DNA of 64,000 nt from Bugula neritina (GCA_964035545.1 OZ037766.1:16978722-17042721); one strand, 5' to 3'; positions 1 through 15,005 are shown, counted from the first letter of the stretch. Program-made: numbers and translations. Notes: generated by a model not told the origin, from the sequence alone.

Positions 1-1344
1 GTCGAGCTGGCCGCGTTTATGATGCATTGTGTGGTTACCAGCCGTGAATTCAATCCTTACATCTTGTGGCACGGGCTTCATGCTACACAGATATAAGTAC
101 ATTTCCTCTTCCATTGCTAGGTGTAAGACCCAGTTTCCTTCTCTATCAGCTATGATGTTGGTGCTGATGGTAAAAATTAGTCTAATAAAGCACATGACCC
201 ACAGTTTTGCTGTTCTTGAGCTCTCTGAAATCTTAGTCAACATCTTGTCAAGGTCCTCCATGCTAGTGATTACACTTTTATCAAAGACTGGCTTCAACAG
301 CTCTCCCACCAATATTCTCAGGCCCTGTACATTTTGGGGAAACCACCAAAAGTAGAATTAACTAGGTACTCCTACCAAATCAGTTTCAGCCATTAGTGTT
401 CCAGTGCACCCAACATGGGTCATTAAAAAGGGAGAAATTAATAGTAAACGTTTATGAAAGGGAATTAGTATAAAAAAAGGTAGGGAACCCCTGTTCTAAC
501 AGATATATTACTTTCCCAGCATGAAATAGATTCTCATAAAAAAAAACTGTTTACAAGTGCTTTTAGAAAAAAGTCAAATGTGCTGATAGTAGAAGTAGTT
601 TTCGAAAGCAAACATGTCAATATTTAGATAAATGATGTGTCAACAACAAAGCAATTAAATTATGTAAAGAAGCCATGGTGTTGTGTTATTAAAGTTGTTT
701 ACCCTTTTTTTTAACTTTGAAAAACATAGTTAAAGTTTTGAAACTAAAAATAACTATTAAATTGGCAGCTCAAGAAACCTTTTTGATAGGCATGCTAGTT
801 TGAAATAAATTGCTATTTAGCTCATATGACAATGACGTTGCATTTCAATTTTGCAAAACCCTTTTCAGCTTTATTTGTTTGACATATTATTTGTAATCAG
901 CATATAAAGTCACCCCATATAGTAAATTTTCATGAACTTAGAACAAACTGATGCAGGCATGCAAGAAAATTATAAACACGGCAAGGCTAGGTTAAACTTA
1001 AAAAAATGAATGATTGAGGCTTTGCCTAGTTACCCTTGGGTATCATTTGCTTATTACTCAATAATACACATGATAAATGCACATGCATCTTTATTATAAT
1101 AATTTCTAAAGATTTCAAAGCATTAGAACCTTAAATTTAGCCTCGGTAGGTAGATACATTTGAATTATGAAAAATCGCCTGGTGCCTGGCGGCCATATTG
1201 AATTTCTCGAAATGCTCAAGGGTAAGAAGTTCACACCCACCTGGAAACATTTACCTAGACCCTATATATGAATAATCAGAAGAAAAAAAACTTTATCCGG
1301 GATTGCGAACCTAAGTCAAAAATTGGTGTTTTTCTGCCAGACTA
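1..1344 (-). mobile_element. Academ-type DNA transposon remnant (left part outside window)
   Basis: Minus-strand 1-420 reads FPQNVQGLRILVGELL...SRTAKLWV...DREGNWVLHL...FTAGNHTMHH, resembling Academ transposase core; terminus ...CTGCCAGACTA at 1344 (TAGTC end). Confidence 0.6.
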
Positions 1345-2053
1345 TAATAACAGAATGTTATAAGCATGATTATGTAACACCTCAAGATCATAAAATAAGA
1401 AAACCTAGTGCCACATTTTCTATGCAAAACAGGTTTATTATAGGGCCTAGAGTCCTAGACTATAGTGTCAATTGTGTATTATAGATTCAAAGTCTACAAT
1501 TATTTCAGCTAGTTGTCAATCAGCAACTTTCTTTTTCATTTAAAGTGATAGCATGAAACTGTTTATTGTGAGTGTGTCTATGAGAATATTAAAAGTTAAT
1601 AAAGAAAAAACATGTTCCACATTTTATTTGTTTTATATTAGATAAAATATTATATTGAAAATAACATTTTCGCAAATAGCACCAATCTAAAGTTTCTCAT
1701 GCCAATATCTGTGACAAAGTGTGCTCTATGCGTTATAATAGCATTAGTTTTGCATGGTTATACAAACACTATAAAAAGTTTAGTTGCAATGAAAATTTGA
1801 AACAAAATAATAATTTAGAGCTGTAAATATCTTTTTATAGACACACACACACCTATCGGCTTACTGCAGGTACAAAGTGCTGTTGTAACATAAACCTCAG
1901 ATCTATGCAAGTTGTTATTTCTCCATGTAACACTAGGCTTATGCATTTTATAAACTATAATCTTATATATTATTTTAATGCAAATGTTTCACTTTTGATG
2001 CATAGGCAAGAAAATCGTGAGGTAAAACTGGGTCTTGTTAGCTATAGCAGAGT

Positions 2054-5000
2054 TCATTCAGGTAGTTGGGGGGACATGCCTAGCGGCAGCACACCAACCG
2101 GTTTCCCAGAACTTGCCATGTCTAAAGTCTCTTTCATAAACTTATCCAAGAGCCAAGCTGACTCTACTGGTATCTTTTTATCTATATGCTTCGGTAAATA
2201 GATGCATGGTGGCAGATCACCTACAACATTAGTCATACAACATATTGCATCATCAGGCTGTTCCATTCCTAACTAACTCTAAGCTTAAAATTCATCAGTT
2301 GATTTTATAAGACAGTTTTTGTTTGCAGTAGGTTAATTACAACACAAATATGAAATATTACAAGTAATGATTCTTTAGCTTATGCATTAGCCTATTTACA
2401 TTTATCACAGAAACCACTATTAAGATTGTATTTCAAAGTTAGCACAACAGTAGTTGCCCTTTCACCATCAGCACTGTATTGAAATGATTAATATTTCCAA
2501 GCCATTAAGCTAGGTTGCAATATTACAGAATATAAAAACTTATACTCTAGTAAAAAAGTTGAAGTTGTTACCAATTAACATAGAGTCTTGAAACAAACAA
2601 TCTTCCTAAGCCTTCCCCTTAGCTTATAACAAAACAACATGCATATATCACACACAATGTTAGATTAAGTAAATACTAGCCCATATAGACATGCATGGTG
2701 GTGAAACAGCATATAAGGCAGTTTTGAAACTATCTTAATCTTCTATACATGTAACAAATAAAGTGTAAAAAAATATATATATAATTTATAAAAGTTGCTG
2801 TTGCAATCAGCTTGCTAATAAGATGATTAGAAGATTGGAAACAACTTGAAAGTAAACAAGTAAATACAAGAATTTTATATCTATATCTCGATAGTATGAA
2901 AGAACTATAATATACATTTGAAAACAATTATCAATAACATGAATAAATTTCATCATTGTTATTTTGTCATCACTGCTTACTATATTATAGCAAATTAGCT
3001 TTATACCTACAATAACAGTTTTTATTAATGATCAATTCGTTGTTAACAGAATATTATTATGCTTGTCAGCATTGCATTAAAATTGTCATTAATTTAGTAA
3101 ACCAAATACCAGAATAGGAAAAAAGAGAAATAGTAGAAACACTCATGCCAGAAAGAGAAAAGTGTATAAAGCTATACTTACCGACTATTAAGTGCATGAA
3201 GCACTCTGCTATGAAAGAGCAGTAAATGTACCAGCAAATTTATTCACCAAAAGTTTTGTTATACATTTAGCGTTTAGACCTGTTCACCAATCTCACACTT
3301 ACAAAATGATAATTTTTTCTATATAACTTCAACTTCTACTGAGGCACAATTCAAATTTTTTATTATTATGACTTTATATTAATCTCCAAATCAATTCAAA
3401 AGTGCAAACAATTTCAGTAAGATGGTTTATGCACTCAGCTTACCAGGTTTTGCTGGTTTAAAGGCTACTGCTGAGTTTTTCCTTGCATCAGAAACGGGAT
3501 GAATGCTTTTGGAGATTTTGCCTGGAAGATGACTTTTATTTACTGACCACTTTGGGGCCCAAACAATACCAGGATCCTGTAGATTGGTGACTAGAATAGT
3601 AATAGTAAACACTATTAATATTTTCTAAGAAATGCTTTAAGAGATAATAATATATGTGGCGTTTTAGTGATGACAAAACTTTATAAAAACCAAGTTATAG
3701 CTAGTGGTCAGCAGATCACTGTCATAGAAATGAAATAGGATGGTACAACATAATGAGAGAATGTGCTAATCTATCAAAACAACTCCAGATAAATTGAGCA
3801 TAACTTTTAACTGTATTAACTGTGCCAACCACGAGGATAACTGTATTTCCAACTGAAGCTACCTGTGTCTGTGAAATCTCGATTGATGTCGATAGTTGTT
3901 CTCTTTTTGAATTTGTTAAAATCTAATTCCTTTTGAAGATTTGTGTTAGCCAATAGAAACTTTTTAAGTAGGCTTTCTTGTCTCTTGGCCTCAGTTATCT
4001 GAATTGAACATAAATCAGATTGTGACAGTTAATCAGCTTACTTGTAAAAACTTTTTTGAATCTCAATATTTCACAAAGATGAGCCATAAGTTGGAACCAT
4101 GAATGATAATTACAATTTTAAAGTAAAAAAATTGGTTTTTTTATAATGCTTCAAACCTTTGCAACTCAAGTATATCAACTGCTTTTGAGCATAAATACCT
4201 TAAGCTAAGGTATTAAAGCCTTCAAACCTTTGGAGATTGACGAGTTTTTTTATTCTCCATTTCTGCTCGTCTCTTTGCTTGAGTCAACACATCTAGTTGC
4301 TTGTGTCTATCTTTGATGAGCTGTATTTCTGCTAGAAGATCACCTTTGCGTCCTTTTTTTATTTTATCCACAGTCATCTGAATTCTCTCTGTTTCGGGAA
4401 TATTTTCTTCATCATCTGAAGAATTTATGGATGCATACAAATATATAAACACACTAATAAAACATTCATGTTCAAAAATTTTCAGAGTTGAGTCTAGAGA
4501 ATTAAATGAATTTTAAAAGTCATACATAATTAACAAACAGTCGAATTCATCGCCATTGTTACAACGCTCAATATGAGTTCAGTAACTGTTTCAGGATTGT
4601 CCCTTCTTACCGACACAAAACAAAAAAACATGGCCGACATCTTTACAATAAAAAAGCTAACAATTTGATATATTATTCTGTTATACTAAGTATAGTACTT
4701 ATAGCATATTATTATGACTGAGCATTGTAGCTATCTACCCTGGGATGGTGGGCGAGTTCTGCGAGTTAGTGTAGTACGCCCGGTTCTTGTTCTCATTCTG
4801 CTACAGTTGGCTGCAGGTACTTGTTTTGCTTGAGTCTCAACTAGGTCTTTGATTTCAATTTCGCTACTTTCATCAGAGAAATTCTCATCTTCTTCTCCTG
4901 AATCTTTTTTCTCTAACACATTACTCTCAGGCAGTTTTCGCTGAAATTGTAAATAAAAACATCTCAATTGTTAAAAAGGTCAAATTAACTTGCAGGTCTT

Positions 5001-8000
5001 ATCCAAACTTTTGGCAGGACTATAATTGTCAATCCTAGTTCACAACAGTGTTATATCACAATAACACACTTTCATTGAAAAAGAAGCAAAGTTTTACAAA
5101 TATAACCTCTGTATGTAGCTATAGAGGTGAGGGGGGGAGGGGGTACAAAAAGCCGGCCAAATTGTGAGAGAACTTATTGACTTACAGTTGTGATTTTTTT
5201 AATAAAAAGGTATTGACATAATTATTCAGCCATTGTATTTTTAACACTTGCGGAGCATACATGTTAAAGAGGTGAGTCAAAAACTATTTTCACCTACTTT
5301 TTGTAAATTTTGTAAGATGTAGTTAAAGCCTTATAACTTTTTACACTCAAAGGTAACAAGTCTAGATTTTACTGATATTGTTGCCATTGCTTGTCTCTAC
5401 AATGCTTAACTAGTATAACAGCAAACTCTAAAATAAATTTTTCTTGAGCCACATTTATTTCTAACTTGGCCACACGGGGCACAATGGGCCACCTGATTAT
5501 TGCACTCTAATCACTATTATTAGTTTGTTTGCCCAAAAAATTGGTTGAAATGTTACTAAAATGATATATATAGATATAGCCATTTCTGTCATTTTTGTAA
5601 AATATCAAAGACATAATGGTAAGACTACCAAACTACAAGGTGAAGCTCCCCTAATATATACATCTGGTGAGGTTGCCATTTTATACATCGTACAAAACAC
5701 TCTGCTGTTGCTACTAGTGGATAGTCATGATATTCATTATACATTACATCATTGAGGGAATTAATATGTATTTGAGTAAAATAAATTGCGATTTGCTCAT
5801 TTCCTCACCCCCCCCCTTCCCCCTTCCGTACTCCACTCACAAACTTCAGCCATGCACCTTAGCTACAGCTCATAGAAAAAATCCACTCGGAATTTTGTAG
5901 TACATGTTACTAAAGTTTTTTTCTGATAAAAGTTCCTGTGAAGTGGAAATAGAAAAAACATTTTTAGTTCTAAACAGTAATGATAATGGCATCAAAGAAA
6001 TAAGTGATGTGCGTTTGATTTTGCCTCCCCCTGCTATCTGGGGTGGCACAAACCTTACAGATAAAACAGGATTTTTGCTGTAGATCTGAAAGAATATTTG
6101 TATTTATTTGTAATATTAAATAAATAAAGATCAGATGCAACCAAATCAAGAAAGTTTCAATATATTTGTTGTGTCCCACCCAGTGGCCCATTATACCCTG
6201 GTATCGGGGCACAACTGGCCATTTTTTTCATCATGAAAAATTCCTTATTCTGAAAGTTGTAAAAGAGATAGAAAAGACCAACTGATACATATAATAGACA
6301 ACTGATGTAGCATTTAGACTAGACATTATTGAACTAGTAACTTGAAAAACAGACGAATGAGAGAAAAAAATTCAAAGTACGACCTGTTGTGCCCCCCCCC
6401 CCCTGTTACTCCTACATATGCAACCGCAAAATTTTATGTATGCAACTTTTACCAATGTTACAACTATTGGCTTGCACTCTTCGCATTACCAGAAAGTGCC
6501 TTGTGTAAAAATCGTTTGTAGTTAGCAAAACATAGTTTAAACTGACAAATGAGATTTTCACCAATAATCTTCCAGTATCTTTAAATACGCAGTCATGTGT
6601 TCTAAGCCTAACTGGAATAGCTCTTTATCTTGTCATCAAAACAAGTGGCTAATAGGGTCAGCACTTAGTCGCTGCTCTTCATTATACTTATGTTCATGCT
6701 ATTAAAGAGGACATCGTACAGGACTATATACAGACATTTAGGTGAGAAATAGAGAGGGCATTGTCAAGGACAGCACATAGGCAATGTTATTTGCAGGTGA
6801 CCTAACTCTTTGTGATTGCTTTGGGAAAACAATAGAATATAAAAGAAGTTGATTGAAAGTTAGTCAAAAGAAAACAGAGTACCTACCAATTGTTGAAAAC
6901 TACTGAAACACCAAGATAAAGAAATATTATAGCCAAGACACAAAAATTCTTCCCAAATTTACAAGATTCAAATATTTAGTTAGAAACAGCAATGTGCTAA
7001 GATGGAGGTTAGAGGTAAAAGGAAAGAGATATAGAATACCTAAAGCTTGTATTAAATAGAGGGAACTGACTGGGGTGCTATGTGAAAAGAATATGCCTAC
7101 TAAGTTAAAATTGCTAACTTATAAATGGCAATAAAGCCTGTTTCATTGTATGTAAATTGAACATGGTCAATCACAAAACATCTGGCCAACAAAATGACTT
7201 GTTGGGAGATGCAGTGAATGTTGAGGTACTGCCTAAAAATAAGACTGGAGGACCTCAAGAGAAGTGAGGATATTACAGCAGAGGCTAGAAAGATTTCAAT
7301 CAAGGACAGGATGAGAAAGAAAAGGATGGTCGTGGTAGACGCCGAAAAACCAACAAAGGCGTCAAAGGATTGTCAGAGGTGAGAATGAGGAAATGCAAGT
7401 TAAAGGATGACCAAAGCAAAGATGGTGTGATGCCATAACAGCTGACTTTAGATAAATCATTGTTGTTGCTAGAGAAACGGAAAACAGAGATAGATGGAAG
7501 AGCTTGGTGAAATTTGGATTTAAGCAAAAACCTGTCAGTTGCAGAGGACAGTGAAAAGTGTGAAAGTGTAAAATTGTTATTGTTGCAAGGTTAGTTCAAG
7601 ATATATACAACTTACAACTGTTGCCATTATGTTCTTCTGTTGACTGTACTTGGCACGGTCTGCATGAGAGTAATCCCACTTTTTATACTCATGTTTTCTG
7701 CAATGTGTGCTCAGTTTTTCACAGTCATGCAACCCTCTGTTTCTCATTACCTACATCAGAACTTACAATACAGAATAAATAATGCCTCTAGTGTTTGTTA
7801 CCTGTGCAGCAGGTAGAAGCTATATGCATTGATGACTTGCAAAGCCTTAATGAAACTCCAAGTATAGTCAGTGTATGTTATTTTACTCACTATTATTACG
7901 CAAACCTACTATGGTTTTCTATTATGTTAGTTTCATATAACTTTGTTTAGTAATTTAACACTATCAATTGATAGTAATAACATTTAACTATAGAATGTTT

Positions 8001-10438
8001 AACATTTCAAAATTAAATGGATGTATAAGCTAAATAAGCTTCCTTGATAGTTTGAGTTTTTGTGTTGATTCATCAGTAGTTACAATTTTATGCTGTATAT
8101 AAATTGATCGTGTATAGTAAATTATATCTCGGCATAATCATTTAAGGACATTTATCACCATTTTATATTAGCAGTGCTTTTCATTAGAAATTAGAAAGAT
8201 GCTTATAAATGTCATAAAAGTTAACAATAAAATACTAGAACTATAATTCTATAGGTTCATATTTCTGCTATAGTTACATGAAAGCACACCTCTATTTTGT
8301 TTATCAATCAGCGTGTAAGGTGTGTGCAGGTGGAAACAACCTAATTTGCAAGTTTTGGATAATGAATATTTCATCTGAAAGCAAAACTTGCAATTATTTT
8401 AGTTGAATAACTAGTATGACTTTTGCAGATTATTAATTGAGCAGATGTGTTAAAAATCTCTGTTAAAAATTCACCCCTACTTAAACTTTCTTTTAATTTT
8501 TACTAGAGCTTTCAAGTATTAGTTCGATGTACACTTTTATAAAGAGATATTTGACTTAAAATGCTCGTCAAGTTTTACTTGTTTCACACTGAAACACTAC
8601 TACACTGACTAATATATTGCTAATGGATATTTACCAGTGAGTGTAGCAACTTGCAATATACTACCAACTTGTAATATACTAATAACTTGTAATATACTAA
8701 CAACTTGCAATATACTACCAACTTGTAATATACTAATAACTTGTAATATACTAACAACTTGTAATATACTAACAACTTGTAATATACTAACAACTTGTAA
8801 TATACTAACAGCTTGTAATATACTAATAACTTGTAATATGCTAACAACTTGTAGTATACCGACAACTTGTAATATATTAACAACTTGTAATATACTAACA
8901 GCTTGTAATATACCAACAGCTTGTAATGTACCAACAACTTGTAATATACTAACAGCTTGTAATATACTAACAACTTGTAATATATTAACAACTTTTAATA
9001 TGCTAACAGCTTGTAATATACTAAAAATTAAGCAAAACATGGGAGTAAAATATCTTAGTAGTAGAAAGAATTTATCATGATTATTAAAAAATGCAAGCTT
9101 CTGTAGCCCAATGATACAAAACAAGTCAAAACGATATGAAATTATAAAAAAAAAATCTTGACACACCTCAGCATATTTATTCATCACAGAGTCATATCGC
9201 TGCCCGTCAATGAGATTTGTTGTAGCTGCACGGGAAGGTGTGAAGCTGCTTTTGCTGCCTCTACCCAAAGGTGATATAGAGTAAGCAAAGTCTTCATTCA
9301 GTGCCAGCATACTCATTAGTGATTGTCTTTTAGTGGTCAGCTGCGCAATCTCACTCTTCATTCTATCCATTAGATAATAATTATACAAAATATAGGTTAC
9401 AAGCACTTACAAATTGTGTTAATGTAATGCAGTGGTTAAATAAGGATGTAATGAAGAACTAAAAATATAAATAATGCAGTCTCAGTTCAGTAAAGGAAAT
9501 GAATTGGTAGCTATATTATTTAGATGTTACATTGCCATTGACTTGAAGATAAAAGCATTTTATTTTGCTGAGCAAACTTTGTTTGACAAAACCCTTTTCA
9601 ATATTTTATTGTGAGAGTAATTGAAGGAAGGAAGACTTTCCCATAAAAAGCTCCACAATAAGTGTATCTAATGTGTTGAACAGACGTTATAGCTTTCATC
9701 TCATGTATTACTGAATGTGAATGGTAGCTTGAATGGCATGATCTAAGTATGGATTATGATTAAAATAATACAATTTAGCTGATATATGACATGCCTTACA
9801 GCAAATATAATTACTTTTACATTGCATGGCCATGTCTAGCCTGAGTTCCACAGAATCTTGCTAACAAATACAATACCATTAATAGAATTTATATGCAAAT
9901 CAAGGAAAAAAATTAATGCATGGTCAGTTTGGAGTATATGTATAAATATGGAACTCAATAACCCCTGGCATTGCTGAGTTTTATTTGATTCATCAACGAA
10001 TTTTAAAAGTCTATAGTCAGTCTTCTACTTTCAACTCAGCCATCAGCTTTTTTAATCCTGTGACGTAAAGTTGAGCATAGCATGAGCAGTGCAAATATTA
10101 TTGGATGAAACAAAGAGATTTTACTTTCTTTGAAAGCACCCTGTTATTTAGTAATTTTAATAAATTCAAGTATGGAGTAAAACCTGAAATGAATACCTGA
10201 TTATTTTATAGTTGCAATCAATCTGTAATTTTTAAATAATTATTCAATAAAACCATTTCCAAAAATTGTCTATTTTCTTTCAGATTTTTATCATATTTAG
10301 TTTTTTGAGCTTCGCTGACCTTAGACTATTCTTAAGGAGATTTTCATCTATCTTAGGCAGCTTTCTGTTACAGGTGACACAGGCATTTGCAAATAGGTCA
10401 GCATTTCCTGTCTCAGTTCTGAAACCAGGAGTGAGCAT
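2054..10438 (-). CDS. Uncharacterised ~445-aa protein, 8 coding exons
   Basis: Phase-consistent exons (minus): 10438-10320 (ATG inside an exon starting 10480), 9362-9167, 7750-7616, 4940-4739, 4415-4228, 3998-3863, 3590-3444, 2268-2054, all with GT-AG boundaries. Has a CxxC near the N-terminus, charged/coiled-coil middle and a Pro/Cys-rich C-terminus. Start codon uncertain. Confidence 0.7.
5124..6412. mobile_element. Non-autonomous Tc1/mariner-pogo-like element
   Basis: G-rich left end and ...GTTGTGCCCCCCC..ACTCC right end flanked by TA; highly similar second copy at 55915-56788. Confidence 0.55.
6640..7570 (+). mobile_element. Decayed RTE-like LINE 3' fragment
   Basis: Degenerate RT motifs GSALS, MLFAGDL (=FADD), KKTEYL, FKYL and EMxxMLR with frameshifts. 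Confidence 0.6.
8640..9022. repeat. 18-bp minisatellite (AACTTGTAATATACTAAC)n
   Basis: About 21 tandem units; explains repetitive ORFs 8609-9406, 8620-8991 and 8637-9080. Confidence 0.95.
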
Positions 10439-11335
10439 TTTGATGAGGTGAGATGTAGTAAAGTTTCTAGAGATTGTAACCTGCAAATAACATGTGATCA
10501 CTATGCAACACCAAGAACAATGTGACAACTCTTTATAATGCACTCAAAACTTACAAATTAAAATTTTGACACATATGACTCTTATACTGTATATAGAATG
10601 CTAATTTTATTAGTTGCATAAGCAATATAGTAGAAAGTAATAAAGTGACCTGCAACGTACTATATAGTTACAATAACTCAACCACTAGTATATTAGTTAT
10701 CAAGAACTTTTCTTATATTTTGACTGCTACAAAGCATCAAATTGATATATACCAAAAGTCTTTCATTTGCTTTACTAGATAATTTTTAAATAACGTCTTA
10801 TACAGTTTATAGTCTTATAAAAATAACAAATGCACATTTCATTAGTTTAATAAGATCACAGAAATAGCTTACCTTATAGTTTATCTTCTTTCATAAAGAA
10901 CTGAACAAATTTAAGACAGAATGTGCTAGCAACAGTTAACATTGTGCCAATGTGTCTGGCTGAATGATCTACTAAACTGGCAGCACTTATACAGCTTGGC
11001 TAAACAATAACAACCAAATATATTAACAAAAACTATGTCAACAATCTCTGCTATTTATGCTGTTAGCAGATTGTTTAAAGATTAGAAGCATTAAAGCAAT
11101 GCATACCACTGAAATAACAACTTATTAGGGTTTATAATACTTTGTTAGAGTTATTTGAGTGTGCTAATTGAAACGTAAAACCTTTTTAGAAATCATGATC
11201 TGACTTTGTATTGAAGTGGATTAGAAGCAAATTACATATTAAACTTTTATTATAGTTATAGGTTTGTCTCCTAGCAACTTATTCAATGACTGCAGCTTAA
11301 TAGAAAAACAAATCCTTTACAAATAAAATTAAGTT

Positions 11336-14300
11336 TAGTCTAGAAGTAACCTCCAATTATCTTTCACTCATTACACTCCGAGGGGTGGCCACACAACTTT
11401 TTTAGAAATGGGGAGTTTGAAGGATCCTAATTAATCTGTGAAAACTCTAGACTGTTCTGTGCACCCAGTTAGCCACAAAAGCGCTTCAAACTTTAAAAAT
11501 GAATCAGGAGTTGTCTTTTCTTAACGTTTTTGTGAGTTGGCTAAATATCTTGGAATTATTCAAGCTAATTTATTTTATATAAGCAAAATAATTTTGCTGA
11601 TAATTATAGATACTCTGTTCACTTTTCTGTTATAAAAACTCTAATTTTTTCTGTCCACCCAGTTAGTCACAAAAGCTCTTTAAAATTTTACAGGAGTTGT
11701 TTCCCCACAACTTTGGCCAAATTCATTAAATATTATCTTGAAATTATTGAAGCTAGTTTATTATATATACAAGCAAAAACTTTTGCAGATAAACATAGAT
11801 GTGTTTTTCACTTCTCTGAGTTTAATTTTAGTGATTTTCTTGCGAAAACATCTGAAAAAAAGTGGACTATATCGACGAAAACAAGCAAAGGAATGGGTTT
11901 TCTAGTTATAAGGCAAACATTATTATTGATCAGCTATAAAAAAGCCGAATTATAAGTAAATCTGTGTCTGATAATGATTTTCTTCACGATTTTTATTATA
12001 ATAACTATTTTTACAAAAAAGTTATGAGAAGCATGGGCAGGTTGGTCTGGACTCCGGAAAATAATGTTTTAAATGTGTATGATTGAGCTTTGCCAATAAA
12101 TTTGAGCTGAACTATATATAAATAAGCAATTTGGTTTTTAAAACAATGATATTGGTTAAAATGCATATTTTTAGACTATCTTGGTATAATGACTCTAGAG
12201 TCAATTTAGCTCAGTTATAGTTACAGAAGAAATATCCTAAAACTTCCCTATAATTTAAAATATATATGGTTATATTTAAGCCATCCATAAGAAAAATGAT
12301 CTTGAACTGCCTTATTTAAAGATCATAGGCATGTACTTTTCTTATGTGTGCCATTTGTCACAAAAATAATAATTTCTCATCAGCAAATAAAACAAGCTGA
12401 GTTTGAGACTGGTGCATTTTTGTGTTAAACATGGAGTATAAATATTTGAGAGAACAATCTTATTATTATAGTTGTTGCATACCAAATAAAATTGCATTCA
12501 GCTAGAATGTTTTGAACATGGTGGAATTTTTAAAAAAGCAGAACTCAAATGTTTACAATTAGATCATGAGGAAGCAGGTACACAAACTTTGTTAAGTGCA
12601 AAATATCTTATGAACACCATAAGCCCACGTGTAATAATCAAATCTCAAGACACTGATGTTTTCATCCTAAGTCTCGCTATTTGCAAAACATTACCTTCTT
12701 ACCAATTATATTTTTTCACAGGTATGGTAATCATGGTGTCATGCCAGATAGAGGCTAGGCTAAATTTCCTACTTAGACGCTAGTTATTTATTTTGGTAAA
12801 ATGTATTTTCATGTGCAACTTATTTTAATATTATTTAAATATTTGTATAATTAAATAAACTTGGATCAATTGCTTGTTATTTAGCACATAAATAAATTCC
12901 TTTGATCCGCATTAACTTATTAATTTTGTATATTTTATACATCTTGCCTGTTGTTTGAAAAGATATTTTGTTAAGAAGTATCACTTAAAGATAGTGTCTA
13001 TTATTAATGCATTACTACTTTTTGTCCCACACAAATTTGTGAAAATAATAGAATATTATTCTAGATAATTCATGTTAGCTACTATAGCTATTAGCATATT
13101 AGCTATTTAGCAATCAATACATATGGTAACAAAATAAAAATAGCGTCTATCTGGGAGGAAACCATAATCATATTAGGTATTTGAATATATAATCAACATT
13201 GCAGCAAATAAATCCGGACCGCGATTGTGTGCAACACTTACTAGATTTCATGCTTTAACAAGTTGTGATTTGACTATATAGTGCTTTTTATGGAAAAGGA
13301 TAGCGCGCAGCCTACTCTCTCTTGAGAAAATGTTCCGAATGTATGAGAAGCTTTGAACACCTCGGGAAGTATTTCAAGCTGTAAGCCATTACAGCGGCTG
13401 AAGTAGAACAACTTGTCTATAAACTTTATGGAGCAGGAAATTCAAATATAGATGATGCCCGATATACACTGTATTTTGTTCACCGTCTAAAATAACTCAA
13501 TACTGTTTGCCTCCAAGAAAAGATGATTTAAATTTGCGCTTAAAAAGAGCAGATTATCAGGCAGCCATTTGGCGAAAGGTGACAACAGCCTATATTGATG
13601 CACCACCCCCAGAACATTATGAAAGGATTGTTGAGAATCATGGCAGCATAAATATAAAGTGGATGATTCAAACTTCCGCACCTGAACATGTATATTGCAA
13701 AGTTTAAACTGCTCCTGTAAGACTAGCTGCAACATATCAAGATGTGGATGTCAGAAGTCTCAAATGCAGTGCATGCACTGATGTTTGTCAATGTAAGGAT
13801 TGTCTGAAAAGAAGCTCTATATTGGGGAAGAAGCTGATGAGACTGACGGCAGTGACAATGATGGCGAGAATACTTTTTCATAATAAAGCACTATTTTTAG
13901 GCATTTGTCATATATTTTACTGCAAACAATTTGATTTTGATCATCTCTCATGCTTCTGTTTCTCTAAATAATTTTACAGAAGCTTGTTGATTTTTACAGA
14001 TGTCTAACGGCTACTGACAGACTAGCAAATGATTCACTTGGGCTGTGCTCAAAAGATTTCAATATTTATTCATTTCAAGATTTATTTTGAGCTATAATTT
14101 TATAAATATAGTTTTTTTGCACATCAGCATGACTTTGTTTTTATTTTTGTATAAATAGTTTGGTCATACAATTATTCTGCATGCTTATGCTGCATATGCA
14201 ATATGGCGATTCATAGATAGCGTCTTGCAGTCTTTAAATTCAGTATCAGCATATAATTCTAAGTAAGAGGCAATTATTTTTGGTATTTCAGCAAATATTT

Positions 14301-14549
14301 TTTTTTCAAGATAGCTTGTTAAAATTGGATACTATTTTGCACAATCCACATTTCTTTTTATCACCCATTCAAGATGTTGATCTGTTTTTTTGCAATAACT
14401 TGAGTTTGGGTAGAGATAGAATTCTAGAGTTTGTAGATTCAGAATCAGCACAAAATTCTAATCCAGAAACAACTTTTTTTGAGTGGCCACCTAGTAAAGT
14501 GTAATAAGCCAATTTTTTGAGCACTTTTTGGGAGGTTACTTCTAGACTA
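11336..14549 (+). mobile_element. Academ (AcademX) DNA transposon, internally deleted
   Basis: Perfect 19-bp TIR TAGTCTAGAAGTAACCTCC at both ends, 3-bp TSD GTT; decayed XPG-like motifs DHEEAGT, SQDTDV, FHALTSCD, FYGKG, LPP...KRADYQAAIW and a Cys-rich tail at 12560-13810. Confidence 0.85.
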
Positions 14550-14609
14550 GTTCTCCGAAATTCTAGTTTGCATTTGAATTATAAGTTTGCTCTTTTGAGT
14601 AGATTATAA

Positions 14610-15005
14610 ATGTGTGTTGATCTGTGTTAGTGATGTGTGTTAGTGATGTGTTTTAGTGATGTGTGTTAGTGATGTGTGTTAGTGATGTGTGTTAGTGATG
14701 TGTGTTGGTGTGTGTGTTGGTGTGTGTGTGTTGGTGTGTGTGTTGGTGTGTGTGTTGGTGTGTGTGTTGGTGTGTGTGTTGGTGTGTGTTGGTGTGTGTG
14801 TGTTGGTGTGTGTGTTGGTGTGTGTGTTGGTGTGTGTGTTGTTGTGTGTGTTGGTGTGTGTTGGTGTGTGTTGGTGTGTGTTGGTGTGTGTTGGTGTGTG
14901 TGTGTTGGTGTGTGTTTTGGTGTGTGCGTTGGTGTGTGCATTGGTGTGTGTGTTGATGTGTGTTGGTGTGTGTTAGTGTGTGTTGGTGTGTGTTGGTGTG
15001 TGTGT
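14610..15005. repeat. Compound TG-rich microsatellite (GTGTTAGTGAT / TGTGTGTTGG)
   Basis: Direct inspection. Confidence 0.95.

Noticed and set aside
8609-9166. Repetitive ORFs (ILQVVS / YYKLLV / CNILTT)
   Set aside because: Translations of an 18-bp minisatellite; only 9362-9167 is a plausible exon
9961-10058. Possible extra minus-strand exon
   Set aside because: Stops in all frames; flanking exons already join in phase
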